This document shows, in pieces, positions 19,593 to 29,116 of a stretch of 64,000 bases of DNA (position 1 is the first letter of the stretch; each line of letters opens with the position of its first letter). Source of the stretch: Planctomycetota bacterium (lineage in GTDB: Bacteria; Planctomycetota; UBA1135; UBA2386). Under the pieces are notes generated by a model that was given only the letters and a program-made list of their open reading frames with translations, was not told the origin of the DNA and searched no databases. Made by a program: the position numbers and the translations under genes. The stretch is taken from contig OZ245838.1 in the NCBI GenBank assembly GCA_965228735.1, positions 6,048,001-6,112,000 on the forward strand. The letters are read 5' to 3'.

Positions 19593-20515
19593 GAGTTCCC
19601 GTCGTGCTCGTTGGTACCGTGCTCGGTCGTACCGTGCTCCTGCTGGCCCCGCTCCGGGCCCCCGTCCGGTCGGGGCCCGCGAGCATCGGCGAGGCGGCGG
19701 AACAGCGCGAACAGATGTTCGCGTTCGGGTTCGTGCCGGACGATTTCACCGCCGAGTTCTCGGGCCGTCGCCGCGAGCGACTCGCGTTTGCCGTCGTCGA
19801 GCCCGCGCACGACGAGCGCGTGCGCGTCGGTGCCGAGCAGATCGTCGAACGTGCCGCGGGCGCGCATGACGCCGTTCTGCAGCACGACGACCTCGTCGCA
19901 GAGCTCTTCGATCTCGAGCAGGTGGTGCGACGCCATGAGGATCGTCACGCCGGCCGCCGCGCGTTCGCGCAGGATCTCGAGCACGGTCGCGCTGCCGAAC
20001 GGATCGAGCCCCGACGTCGGTTCGTCGAGCAGCAGCACGGCTGGGTCGCCGAGCAGCGCGGCGGCGAGCGCGAGGCGCTTCTGCATGCCGGTGCTGAACG
20101 TGCGCAGCCAGCGGCGGCCGGCATGGCGGAGGTCGAGGCGTTCGAGCCAGTGGCTGGCGCGCGCATCGGACTCGCGGTTGGCGAGGCCGAGCTGCGCGCC
20201 GACGTAGGCGAGGAACTCGGGCGCTGACAGCACGCCGAGCGGCAGCGCGCCTTCGGGCTGGAACGCGAGTCGCCGGTGCAGCGCCGCGCTGCCCGGCGGG
20301 TGGCCGAGGATCGTCGCGGTGCCCGCGGTCGGGCGCTGCAGTCCGGCGAGCACGCGCAGCAGGGTCGTTTTCCCCGAGCCGTTGGGGCCGAGGATGCCGG
20401 CGATCCGCCCACCTGGCAGCTCGAGGTCGAGCGGCGCGAGCGCGAGCACGGGCCGGCGGCCGCCGAAACGGACCGAGAGCTGCTGAACGGAGATGGCGGG
20501 CGCTTCTGCGGTCAC
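19589..20515 (-). CDS. ABC transporter ATP-binding protein
   Basis: GPNGSGKT, FSTGMQKR, LLLDEPTSGLDP, ASH; GTG start inferred. Confidence 0.92.
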   Translation of the reverse strand: MTAEAPAISVQQLSVRFGGRRPVLALAPLDLELPGGRIAGILGPNGSGKTTLLRVLAGLQRPTAGTATILGHPPGSAALHRRLAFQPEGALPLGVLSAPEFLAYVGAQLGLANRESDARASHWLERLDLRHAGRRWLRTFSTGMQKRLALAAALLGDPAVLLLDEPTSGLDPFGSATVLEILRERAAAGVTILMASHHLLEIEELCDEVVVLQNGVMRARGTFDDLLGTDAHALVVRGLDDGKRESLAATARELGGEIVRHEPEREHLFALFRRLADARGPRPDGGPERGQQEHGTTEHGTNEHDGNS

Positions 20516-20612
20516 GACGATCGGGCGGGGATCCCGCCGGCGGTCGATGCTATCCTGCGCGGCCCCCGTTTCCCCACAAGCGCGTCGGTTCGGCGCCAAG
20601 GAGTCCGGTCGT

Positions 20613-21530
20613 TTGAGTGGTCATTTCGCGTTGTCCGACGGTCGCACGGTCGCCCTGCGCGACGGTCTCGTGATCGGTCGCGGCAAGAACTGCGACATCG
20701 TGCTCGACGACACCAAGGCGTCGCGCCGGCATGCCAGGGTGATCGTCGAGAGCGGCGTGGTCGAGATCGAGGATCTCGGCAGCAGCAACGGCACGTCGTT
20801 GAACGGCGTGCAGGTCGATCGCCGGATGCTGCGGGACGGCGACCAGGTGCAGATCGGCAAGACGACGCTGACGATGCGCGATGCGCCCGCGCCGACTGCG
20901 GGCGGGGGCGATGACGGCGACGAATTGTTCGGGGACGCGCCGGCTGCCGCCGGCAGTCCCAGTACTGGCGCGGCTGGCGGAACCGCGGCGGTCGACGACG
21001 GGGACGAACTGTTCGGCGAAGCGCCCGCCGCGACCCCCCAGCCAAAGTCCCAGCCGAAGTCACAGCCGAAGTCACAGCCAAAGCCCCAGCCGAAACCGCA
21101 GTCGACACCGTCGTCGACACCGGCCGCTCCCGCGGCCGGTTTCGAGGACGAGGACGAGTTGTTCGGGGGCGGTACCGACGTCGTGTCGAAAGAGCCTGCG
21201 CCGCCACCGGCCGCCCCGAAGCCGGCCGCCCCGAAGCCGGCCGCCGCGAAGAAGAACGTCGTCGAGTTCGCCGACGAGGTCGTCGAGGTCAAACAGACGG
21301 CGAAGCCGAGGTCCGAATCCGTGGCTTCGCGTCCGCTCTCCGGCGGCTCCGGCGAGCCCGTCGTCGAGTCCAAGAACCGCGTGCTGCAGTACTCGAAGCA
21401 GGCCGGCAGCCGATCGATGCTCGGCGACGACGTCGGTCAGATGAGCGGTGGCATGCGCGCGCTCATGTTCGTGCTGATCATCGGCGGCATGGGCGCGCTG
21501 GCGTGGTTCGTCATGAACGCCGTGCGCTGA
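20613..21530 (+). CDS. FHA domain protein with acidic/Pro-rich linker and C-terminal TM helix
   Basis: IGR...CDIVL, SRRHA, DLGSSNGT.LNG, GD.VQIG; AAGGAG RBS before TTG at 20613. Confidence 0.88.
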   Translation: MSGHFALSDGRTVALRDGLVIGRGKNCDIVLDDTKASRRHARVIVESGVVEIEDLGSSNGTSLNGVQVDRRMLRDGDQVQIGKTTLTMRDAPAPTAGGGDDGDELFGDAPAAAGSPSTGAAGGTAAVDDGDELFGEAPAATPQPKSQPKSQPKSQPKPQPKPQSTPSSTPAAPAAGFEDEDELFGGGTDVVSKEPAPPPAAPKPAAPKPAAAKKNVVEFADEVVEVKQTAKPRSESVASRPLSGGSGEPVVESKNRVLQYSKQAGSRSMLGDDVGQMSGGMRALMFVLIIGGMGALAWFVMNAVR

Positions 21531-22617
21531 CGAGCCGGCGCCACAGCTCGACCACGCGCTCGGCCGTGGTGCGCCACGACAGTGCCGTCGCCCGCGCGAT
21601 GCGCCGGCTGCGAGCCTCGACATCGTTCCCGGTTTCGGGGGCCACGGCAGTGCGGATCGCGTTGGCCCACGCGGCCGGGTCGTCGGGGGGCAGCACGACG
21701 CCCGCATCCGAGACGACCTCGGGCAGCGCGCCCGCGTCGGCGACGAGCGTCGGCCGGCCGTGCGCGAGCCCGTCGAGCGCGGGCAGGCCGAAGCCTTCGT
21801 AGCGCGAGGGCACGACCACGGCGGCGGCCGTGCGCAGCAGCGCCGTGACCGCCGGATCCGGCAGCACGCCGCGCCACTCGATTGCATCGCCCACGCCGAG
21901 CTCGACCGCGCGGTCGCGGAGCGCGGTCCAGGCGCCGGCGTCGCGACCGACGAGCACGAGTCGAGGTCGGTCGTTGCCGGGCAGCAGCGCGAGGGCGCGC
22001 ACGAGCACGTCGAGGTTCTTGCGCGGCTCGAGATGACCGACGTGCAGCAGGATGGCGGGCCGATCGTCGCGCGGCGGTTCGAGCGGCGCCGCTGCCGGCA
22101 CGTCGACGCCGTTCCCGATGACTTCGATCGTCGCGTTCTCGGTGACCGAACGAACGCGCGCGGCCGTGAACTCGCTCGGCACGACGAGCGCCGCCGCGCG
22201 GTCGGCCGCCCGGCGCACCGCCGCCCGAGCGATGAACTGCGGCCAACGGGTCAGCCCGTCCACGGCGCGCAGGTCGTGGATCGTAACGCAGATCGGCAGG
22301 CTGGCCGGCAGCGGCGGCACCGGCAGCAGACCGTGATCGAGGAGGTTCGCGTCGAGCCGGCGCAACACGCTCGGCAGCTCGCGGCGTTCGGCGAGAACGC
22401 GCTGGGGCAACGGGCCGGCCGGGATCGCGACGCGCTGCCAGCGCACCGCGGCGGTGTCCGCGCGCTCGGGAGTGTCGCGATGCAGCACGGTGATTCGTTC
22501 GCCGTTCTCGAGCAGCGCGTCGGCGTGGTCGAGGATCGCGCGCAGCCGGCGGTTGGCGCCGGACTGCGGGCCGAGCAGCCAGCCGGAGACGGCGACGTGC
22601 AGCGATCCGGCCGTCAT
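21511..22617 (-). CDS. Glycosyltransferase family 4
   Basis: TIHDL, GHLEPRKN, PSRYEGFGLPALD. Confidence 0.9.
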   Translation of the reverse strand: MTAGSLHVAVSGWLLGPQSGANRRLRAILDHADALLENGERITVLHRDTPERADTAAVRWQRVAIPAGPLPQRVLAERRELPSVLRRLDANLLDHGLLPVPPLPASLPICVTIHDLRAVDGLTRWPQFIARAAVRRAADRAAALVVPSEFTAARVRSVTENATIEVIGNGVDVPAAAPLEPPRDDRPAILLHVGHLEPRKNLDVLVRALALLPGNDRPRLVLVGRDAGAWTALRDRAVELGVGDAIEWRGVLPDPAVTALLRTAAAVVVPSRYEGFGLPALDGLAHGRPTLVADAGALPEVVSDAGVVLPPDDPAAWANAIRTAVAPETGNDVEARSRRIARATALSWRTTAERVVELWRRLVSARRS

Positions 22618-23330
22618 GCGAGAGTGGCCGCGATCTCACGCAGCAGCCCCGGCACCTCGTCCTTGGCGTGGCCCGCGACGAAGCGGTCGGTGCCGAGCGC
22701 GAGGTTCTGCGGTTCGTCGAGCGCTTGCACGAACGTCGCGGCCCCGATCTGGCGGGCCGCGTGCAGCATCCCGGCGGCTGGCCACACGGCGCCGCTCGTG
22801 CCGATCGCGATGAAGTGGCTGCACGTGCGCAACGCGCTTTCGATCGTCTCGAGGTGCAGCGGCACTTCACCGAACCACACGACGTCGGGGCGCAGGCGGT
22901 CGTGCCCGCACGCGGGGCACGGCACGAAGAGCTCCGGGTCGACCCGCTCGAGGTCGCGCTCGCGATGGTCACACCGCTCGCAACGCAGGACGGCGAGCTC
23001 GCCGTGCATGTGCAGCGGCGTGCTGCCGGCGCGGTCGTGCAGGTCGTCGACGTTCTGGGTGACGAGCGTCACGCGATGGCCGTTCCCCGTCGCGTCGCGT
23101 TCGAACTCCGCAACCGCCGCGTGCGCCGGGTTGGGCTCGACCGTACGGAGCTGCGCCCGCCGCAGCTGGTAGAACCGCCAGACCATCACCGGGTCCTTCG
23201 CCCAGGCCTCGGGCGTCGCGACGTCCTCGGGTCGGTGCCCTTCCCACAGGCCGCCGGCGTCGCGGAACGTGCGCACACCGGAGTCCGCCGAGATCCCGGC
23301 TCCGGTCATGAACACGATGTGCGCCGCCAT
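22614..23330 (-). CDS. cobB: NAD-dependent protein deacylase (class III sirtuin)
   Basis: GAGISADSG.RTFRD, QNVDDLH, HG, two CxxC pairs, RPDVVWFGE, GTSG; FYQLRR Tyr/Arg pair typical of desuccinylases. Confidence 0.93.
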   Translation of the reverse strand: MAAHIVFMTGAGISADSGVRTFRDAGGLWEGHRPEDVATPEAWAKDPVMVWRFYQLRRAQLRTVEPNPAHAAVAEFERDATGNGHRVTLVTQNVDDLHDRAGSTPLHMHGELAVLRCERCDHRERDLERVDPELFVPCPACGHDRLRPDVVWFGEVPLHLETIESALRTCSHFIAIGTSGAVWPAAGMLHAARQIGAATFVQALDEPQNLALGTDRFVAGHAKDEVPGLLREIAATLA

Positions 23331-23366
23331 GCGCGCGATTAGAGCGCGTGCCGGTCGGCGACTTCC

Positions 23367-25826
23367 CTAAAAAGCCCCGACCGTGAGCTCGAGCGCGTTC
23401 GAGCTGCTGAGCGACATCAGCAGACCGCCGCCGTCGAGCTCGACCTGGATGTACTGATGCGACAGCGGCAGTCCGGCGAACGCGGGGTCGTTGGGGATCG
23501 AGAACGCGTACTCGACCGCGCCGGCGATCGGCAGGCCGAGGAACGTCGCCTCGGTGTTCGCGAGCAGGTCGCAGTTGGGCAGGGCCGCCGGGTCGAACGC
23601 CTGGAGCGGCACGTTCTGCGAGCCGATGCCGACGAGCCCGAACGCGAGGGCGCCGGGCAGGAACCCGTTCGCCGTGGACTCGAACGTCGAGCCGGTCCAC
23701 GGCAGCGTGCTGCTGGTCAGCGTGATCGGACCCGCGGGGCCGACGCACGCCGTGGTCACGTTGGTGAGCGTCGCCGGGCAGGTCGTCGTGACGATCGCGA
23801 GGTTGCCCGCGGCGCCGCTGCCGGCCAGCGTCAGCGAACCGCCGACCGCGAGATCACCGTTCGGCAGCTGCGCGAGCGCCGTGAGGTCGCTGTCGGTGTC
23901 CGTGCCGAGGAGCGGCGCCCACGCGGTCCCGTCGAACCGCGCGAGGTTCGCGACCGCGACACCGCCGGCCGTGGCGAAGCTGCCCGCCACGACGAGGTCG
24001 CCGTTCTGCAGCTCGACGACCGCGCGCGCCGGGCCGTCGACGCCGCCGCCGAGATCGTCCCACGTCGCGCCGTTCCAGCGCGCCACTCCGTTCGCGGGCA
24101 CCCCGTCGACGCCGGTGAACTCGCCGACGATCACGAGGTCGCCGTTCCCGCGTTCGAGCACGTCGAGCACGATGCCGCCCGTCGGGCTCGCGAACGGCGT
24201 CCACGCGCTGCCGTCCCAGGTCGACAACTGCGGGCCGAGGATCGGATCGCGGTGCGCGGCGAGCAGATCGCCGCTGCCGAGCTCGATCACCGCGCGCGGA
24301 TCCTGCGGCAGGCCGCCGCCGAGCGTCGACCACGTCGCGCCGTTCCAGCGCGCGACCCGCGACGCGAGGATGCCGCCGATCGTCGTGAAGTTGCCGACCG
24401 CGACGAGGTCGCCGGCCGCGGTCACGACGAGGTCGCGCACGGTGTTGTTGGCGTCGCCCATCGACTGCCACGCGTTGCCGTCCCAGCGCGCGATGCGATC
24501 GATCGACTGCCCGCCCGCGGACCGGAAGTCGCCGCCCGCGATGATCTCGCCCGCGCGCTCGACGACGGTGCGCGGGATGTTGACCTCGAAGCCGCCGCCG
24601 AATGCGTGCCACTGCGTGCCGTCCCAGCGCGCGATGCGGTTGGCCGGCGTCGTGCCGGCCGCGAGGAACGAGCCGACCGCGATCAGGTCGCCGTCGCCGT
24701 TGACGAAGAGATCCTCGACCGGCAGGTTGAGCCCGTGCCCGGCGCCGAGCGGTTGCCACGCGCTGCCGTCCCACTCTGCCGCACCGCGCGCGCCGACGCC
24801 GCCAACCGTGAGGATGTTGCCGCACATCACGAACCCGGTCGGCGTCGGCAGGAGATCGCGCACGTTCCACGGGTCGCCGAAGGCCTGCCACGTCGTGCCG
24901 CTGCGGCGGGCGAGGCCGCGGATGTTGGTGCCGCCGACGTTGGTGAAGTCACCGCCGATCAGCAGATCGCCGTTCGGCAGGTCGAGGAACGCGTAGACGG
25001 CCTGGTCGGCGCCGCCGAGGTTCTCCCAGATCGAGCCGTTCCAGCGCGCGAAGCGTTGGATCGGCGCGCCGCCGATGAACGTGAAGAAGCCACCGGCGAG
25101 GAGGTTGCCCGCGGCATCGACGTGCAGCGCTTCGACGATCGCCGAGGCGCCACCGCCGAACTGCTGCCACGACACGCCGTCCCAGACCGCGAGGTAGTTG
25201 GTCGCGACCGCGCCGGCGTTGAGGAAGTTGCCGCCGGCGACGAGGTCGCCGTTCGGCAGTTCGGCGAGCGTGTACGCCGGGCGGTCGAAGCCCGTGCCGA
25301 TCGCGGAGAACGTCGCCCCATCCCAGCGGGCCACGCGGTCGACGGGAACGCCCGCGATCGACGTGAAGAACCCGGCGAACGCGAGGTCGCCGCTGCTCAG
25401 CACTTCGATCGCGCGCACGACGCTGTTGCTGTCGTGGTCGGTCCACGTCGTGCCGTCGAAGCTCGCGAGCCGCACGGCTGGTTGGCCATCGATCGTGGTG
25501 AACGCACCGCCGACCCAGAGGTCGCCGTTGCCGTCGACCGCGACGGCCTCGACGTTGCCGTCGAGCGCGGCGATCGCGTGCCACTCGGTGCCGTCGAAGC
25601 GCGCGAGCTTGCTCGCGGCGACGTTGCCCGCGGCGACGAACTCACCGCCGACGACGAGTTGTTCCGCGAGCGGTCCCGCGCCATCGGGGTCCCACATCGT
25701 CGCGCAGTAGCCCCAGCGGCTGAGACCGGCGAAGCCGAGCCCGGGAACGAACTCGTTGTCGCACTGCGAACGCAACGGGCCACTGCTCGCGAGCCCCGCG
25801 AGCAGGATGAGCGTGGTGGCTCTCAT
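23367..25826 (-). CDS. Large secreted beta-propeller repeat protein with C-terminal putative sorting domain
   Basis: Signal peptide MRATTLILLAG; many repeats of GDL..GG.F...G.....IARWDG..W. Confidence 0.85.
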   Translation of the reverse strand: MRATTLILLAGLASSGPLRSQCDNEFVPGLGFAGLSRWGYCATMWDPDGAGPLAEQLVVGGEFVAAGNVAASKLARFDGTEWHAIAALDGNVEAVAVDGNGDLWVGGAFTTIDGQPAVRLASFDGTTWTDHDSNSVVRAIEVLSSGDLAFAGFFTSIAGVPVDRVARWDGATFSAIGTGFDRPAYTLAELPNGDLVAGGNFLNAGAVATNYLAVWDGVSWQQFGGGASAIVEALHVDAAGNLLAGGFFTFIGGAPIQRFARWNGSIWENLGGADQAVYAFLDLPNGDLLIGGDFTNVGGTNIRGLARRSGTTWQAFGDPWNVRDLLPTPTGFVMCGNILTVGGVGARGAAEWDGSAWQPLGAGHGLNLPVEDLFVNGDGDLIAVGSFLAAGTTPANRIARWDGTQWHAFGGGFEVNIPRTVVERAGEIIAGGDFRSAGGQSIDRIARWDGNAWQSMGDANNTVRDLVVTAAGDLVAVGNFTTIGGILASRVARWNGATWSTLGGGLPQDPRAVIELGSGDLLAAHRDPILGPQLSTWDGSAWTPFASPTGGIVLDVLERGNGDLVIVGEFTGVDGVPANGVARWNGATWDDLGGGVDGPARAVVELQNGDLVVAGSFATAGGVAVANLARFDGTAWAPLLGTDTDSDLTALAQLPNGDLAVGGSLTLAGSGAAGNLAIVTTTCPATLTNVTTACVGPAGPITLTSSTLPWTGSTFESTANGFLPGALAFGLVGIGSQNVPLQAFDPAALPNCDLLANTEATFLGLPIAGAVEYAFSIPNDPAFAGLPLSHQYIQVELDGGGLLMSLSSSNALELTVGAF

Positions 25827-26030
25827 GGACGGCGACGATACCGGAAACCACTCGGTTCGGGCACGGCGACGGCAGGGTCGCAACGCCCTTCCCGGGCGGC
25901 AATGCGGCGCAGTGGAAACCTTCACGCGATGTTCGCGTGTGACGCCAGCCGGAGCGCGCGCGGGGCGCGATCTGCCGTTGCCAACGAGACGACCGTGGGG
26001 TGTCGCGCGTCCGCGGATACCCTCGCGCCC

Positions 26031-26999
26031 GTGACCGACTCCCACGCGTATCCCCCGCTCGAGCCGTTCGACACCGGCGAGCTCGCCGTCACCGCGCCGC
26101 ACGTGCTCTACTACGAGCAGTGCGGCAAACCCGACGGCGAGCCCATGCTGTTCCTGCACGGTGGCCCGGGCGCGGGCTGCACGACGACCGACCGCCGGTT
26201 CTTCGACCCCGAGCACTTTCGGGTCGTGCTGTTCGACCAACGCGGCTGCGGCCGGTCGCGACCCGTCGGAGAGCTAACGAACAACTCGCCCGATGACCTC
26301 GTTGCGGATATCGAGCGGTTGCGTGAGCACCTCGGCATCGACACGTGGCACGTCTTCGGCGGCTCGTGGGGCAGCACGCTGTCGCTCGCGTATGCGCAGT
26401 CGCACCCCGAGCGTTGCCGCAGTCTGACCCTGCGCGGCATCTGGCTGCTGACGCAGGAGGAGATCGAGTGGTGGCTCTACGGCATGCGCCTCATCCAGCC
26501 CGAACGCTGGCGGGAGTTCGCCGCGATGGTGCCCGAGGCCGAGCGCGGCAATCTGCTCGACGGGTACTGGCAGCTGTTCGACAGCGCGGATCGTGACGTC
26601 GCGTATCGCGCCGCCGCGGCGTGGGCGAAGTACGAGTTCGCGAGCTGCACGCTGCTGCCGAACCCCGAGTTCCTCGCGCAGGTCGACAATCCCGAGGTGT
26701 CGTGGGCCGTGGCCCGCCTCGAGGCGCACTACTTCCGCAACGTGCGCTTCGATCCCGACGATCGCCTGCTGCAGAACGTCGACCGCGTGCGATCGATCCC
26801 CGGGTTCATCGTGCACGGGCGCTACGACATCGTCTGTCCGATCAAGAGTGCGTTCGACCTGCACGAACGCTGGCCCGAGTCGAGTCTCGTCGTCGTCGAC
26901 GACGCCGGCCACAGCTCGCACGAGCCCGGCATCATGAAGCAGCTCGTCGCCGCGACGGATCGGATCCGCGATCACGGCAGCCCGGTCGTGCGCGATTAG
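26031..26999 (+). CDS. pip: Prolyl aminopeptidase (proline iminopeptidase, S33)
   Basis: LHGGPG, DQRGCGRS, GGSWGSTL, HGRYDIVCP, DAGHS. Confidence 0.95.
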   Translation: MTDSHAYPPLEPFDTGELAVTAPHVLYYEQCGKPDGEPMLFLHGGPGAGCTTTDRRFFDPEHFRVVLFDQRGCGRSRPVGELTNNSPDDLVADIERLREHLGIDTWHVFGGSWGSTLSLAYAQSHPERCRSLTLRGIWLLTQEEIEWWLYGMRLIQPERWREFAAMVPEAERGNLLDGYWQLFDSADRDVAYRAAAAWAKYEFASCTLLPNPEFLAQVDNPEVSWAVARLEAHYFRNVRFDPDDRLLQNVDRVRSIPGFIVHGRYDIVCPIKSAFDLHERWPESSLVVVDDAGHSSHEPGIMKQLVAATDRIRDHGSPVVRD

Positions 27000-27979
27000 T
27001 CGACCGCAGCCGTGTGGAGCTCGCGCCAGCGCGACGCGATGTCTTCCGGCGGCCGCGGCGCAATGGCGACAGGCGGTGCACACAGGGCGGCCGCGATCGC
27101 GTCGACGTCCGTCGGATCGACGAACGTCGCGACTCTGCCCGCGATCTCGCCCGCAGTCTCGCCCGTAATCTCTCCCGCGATCTCTCGATGGGGCGGAATG
27201 TCGGAGCAGATCAGCGGGGCGCCGTGCACGAGCGCTTCGAGCACCGGCAGACCGAACCCCTCGTAGAGCGAGCACTGCACGACCGCGCGACACGTCGCGA
27301 GCAGTTCGGCCTTCTCCGCCTCGGTCACGTAGTCGTCCGGAGGGCCGACGAAGCGCAGGTCCGGCAGGGTCGGGTCGGCGCGGCGCGCGATCGCGTACGC
27401 CTGTCGAACGCGGTCGCGGTTCTTGCGCGGTCGGTCGTCGCCGAACGTCACGAACGGACCGTTCCGCGGCGGCGCGGCGGCACGGGCCGGCGCCGGTGGG
27501 GTGACATGTGGCACGAGCCGCAGCGTCCGTTCGGTGCCGAGGAGTCGGGCGGCGGCCGCGAGCGTGAAACGCGACGGCGCGATCACGAGCGTGGCCGAAC
27601 GCAGCGCGCGCGTGGTCGCAAACCGCCGCCACCACGTCGAACGTTCGCCGGCTTCGGGGTGCAGCCACGGCAGGTCGTGAACCGTCGCGATCGTCGGGCA
27701 CGGTGCGCGCAGCGGGACGGCGGCGACGGAGCTGTGCAGGACAGCGGCGCCGAGATCGCGCACCAGTCGCGGGATCTCAAGTTGGCGGCGCCAGGCGCCG
27801 TGCGGCGCGGCGACGGTTCGCACCTCCGGCAGCTCGCTCCCGTGCGCGTCTTCTGGCACGAGCACGATCATGTCGTCGCCGAAGCGCTCCGCGTATTGCG
27901 TCAGCCCCGTGAGGAACGCGCGCGCCACACCCGTCACCGGGCCGTCCGCGAGGCAGATCGCATCGAACGCGACCTTCAC
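26996..27979 (-). CDS. Glycosyltransferase family 4 (compact)
   Basis: GVARAF, TVHDL, RPRKN, SLYEGFGLPVLEA. Confidence 0.85.
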   Translation of the reverse strand: MKVAFDAICLADGPVTGVARAFLTGLTQYAERFGDDMIVLVPEDAHGSELPEVRTVAAPHGAWRRQLEIPRLVRDLGAAVLHSSVAAVPLRAPCPTIATVHDLPWLHPEAGERSTWWRRFATTRALRSATLVIAPSRFTLAAAARLLGTERTLRLVPHVTPPAPARAAAPPRNGPFVTFGDDRPRKNRDRVRQAYAIARRADPTLPDLRFVGPPDDYVTEAEKAELLATCRAVVQCSLYEGFGLPVLEALVHGAPLICSDIPPHREIAGEITGETAGEIAGRVATFVDPTDVDAIAAALCAPPVAIAPRPPEDIASRWRELHTAAVD

Positions 27980-29049
27980 GGGGCGAGCTCGCGGTAGAGC
28001 GCGGCATGCTGCGCAGCGCAGTCCGCCCAGCGGTAGCGGGCGGCGTGCTGTCGCCCGGCAGCGACGCGGCCGATGCGATCGGTGAGTGCGGTCTCGATTC
28101 CGGCCGCGAGGGCCTCGGGGTTCGTCGCGTCGACGAGTAGCGCAGCTGCGCCGGCGATCTCGCGCAGCGCGGGCGTGTCGTTGCAGACGACGGGCACACC
28201 ACAGCGCATCGCCTCGAGCGGCGGCAGGCCGAAGCCTTCCCACAGCGACGGATAGACCAGCAGCTCCGCGTGGTGCAGCAATCGCCAGACCTGCGCGTCG
28301 TCGGCGCGGCGCAGCCACGTGACGTGCCCCGCGCGCTCGGCGGCTTCGAGGTCGCGCACGATCGCGTCGCACTCCCAGCCGACGCCGCCGACCACGACGA
28401 GGTGTGGCGCGACATCACCTGGCAGCGCGCGCCAGGCCTGCAGCAGCGTCCGGTGGTTCTTGCGCGGCTCGATCGTGCCCAGGCAGAGCGCGTACGGAGC
28501 GCCGCCGCGCGGGTGGTCAGCGCTACGCGGTGGCACGTGGTCGGCGCCGAACGGAATGACGCGCGGCTCGACCGTCGGCGTGAACTCCCGCAGGTCGGCC
28601 GCCGTCGTCGCGGATGGCACGACGACGGCATCCGCGCGTTCGATCGCCAGCCGCGTTCGTTCTCGCAGCGTCACGGCGTCCTGGCCGTGCCACGACGGCT
28701 CGCGGACGAACGCGAGGTCGTGCACCGTGAAGACGGTCCGCGCCCGCCGCACCGGCGGCTGGATGAAGTCGAGCCAGTGGAAGACCCGCGCCGAGCCCGC
28801 GAGTCGTTCGGCGCCGAGCCCGAATCGCGCGAGCGCCGGCAGGCCGCGGCCGGGCAGCGGCAGGCGATGCAGTCGGGCCGCTGCGGGGATCTCCGGCTGC
28901 ACGCGCGCGGCCGCCACGCTGTGGCCGAAGAGATGCACGAGGAGTTCGTCGTGGCCCGCGAGGTGCCGGGCGAGCTCGCGCGTCACGCGACCGATGCCAG
29001 CGCGGGACAGGAGCGCGGGGCGGTAGTCGAGGGCGATGGGCAGGCGCAC
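27976..29049 (-). CDS. Glycosyltransferase family 4
   Basis: GIGRVT, TVHDL, GTIEPRKN, PSLWEGFGLPPLEAM; GTG start inferred. Confidence 0.9.
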   Translation of the reverse strand: MRLPIALDYRPALLSRAGIGRVTRELARHLAGHDELLVHLFGHSVAAARVQPEIPAAARLHRLPLPGRGLPALARFGLGAERLAGSARVFHWLDFIQPPVRRARTVFTVHDLAFVREPSWHGQDAVTLRERTRLAIERADAVVVPSATTAADLREFTPTVEPRVIPFGADHVPPRSADHPRGGAPYALCLGTIEPRKNHRTLLQAWRALPGDVAPHLVVVGGVGWECDAIVRDLEAAERAGHVTWLRRADDAQVWRLLHHAELLVYPSLWEGFGLPPLEAMRCGVPVVCNDTPALREIAGAAALLVDATNPEALAAGIETALTDRIGRVAAGRQHAARYRWADCAAQHAALYRELAP

Positions 29050-29116
29050 GGCGGCGGAGAAGATCACGATACCTGGGACGTCGGCGAGGCTATCCTCTTC
29101 CCGTCCTCCCCACGGC

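Noticed and set aside
18472..19749. N-terminal 426 aa of the 688-aa ORF 17683..19749
   Set aside because: Out-of-frame overlap with the permease and ATPase genes; the plausible start is 18471.
23457..26030. Apparent 1180-aa prolyl aminopeptidase fusion
   Set aside because: The upstream part is the antisense shadow of the beta-propeller gene; pip starts near 26031.
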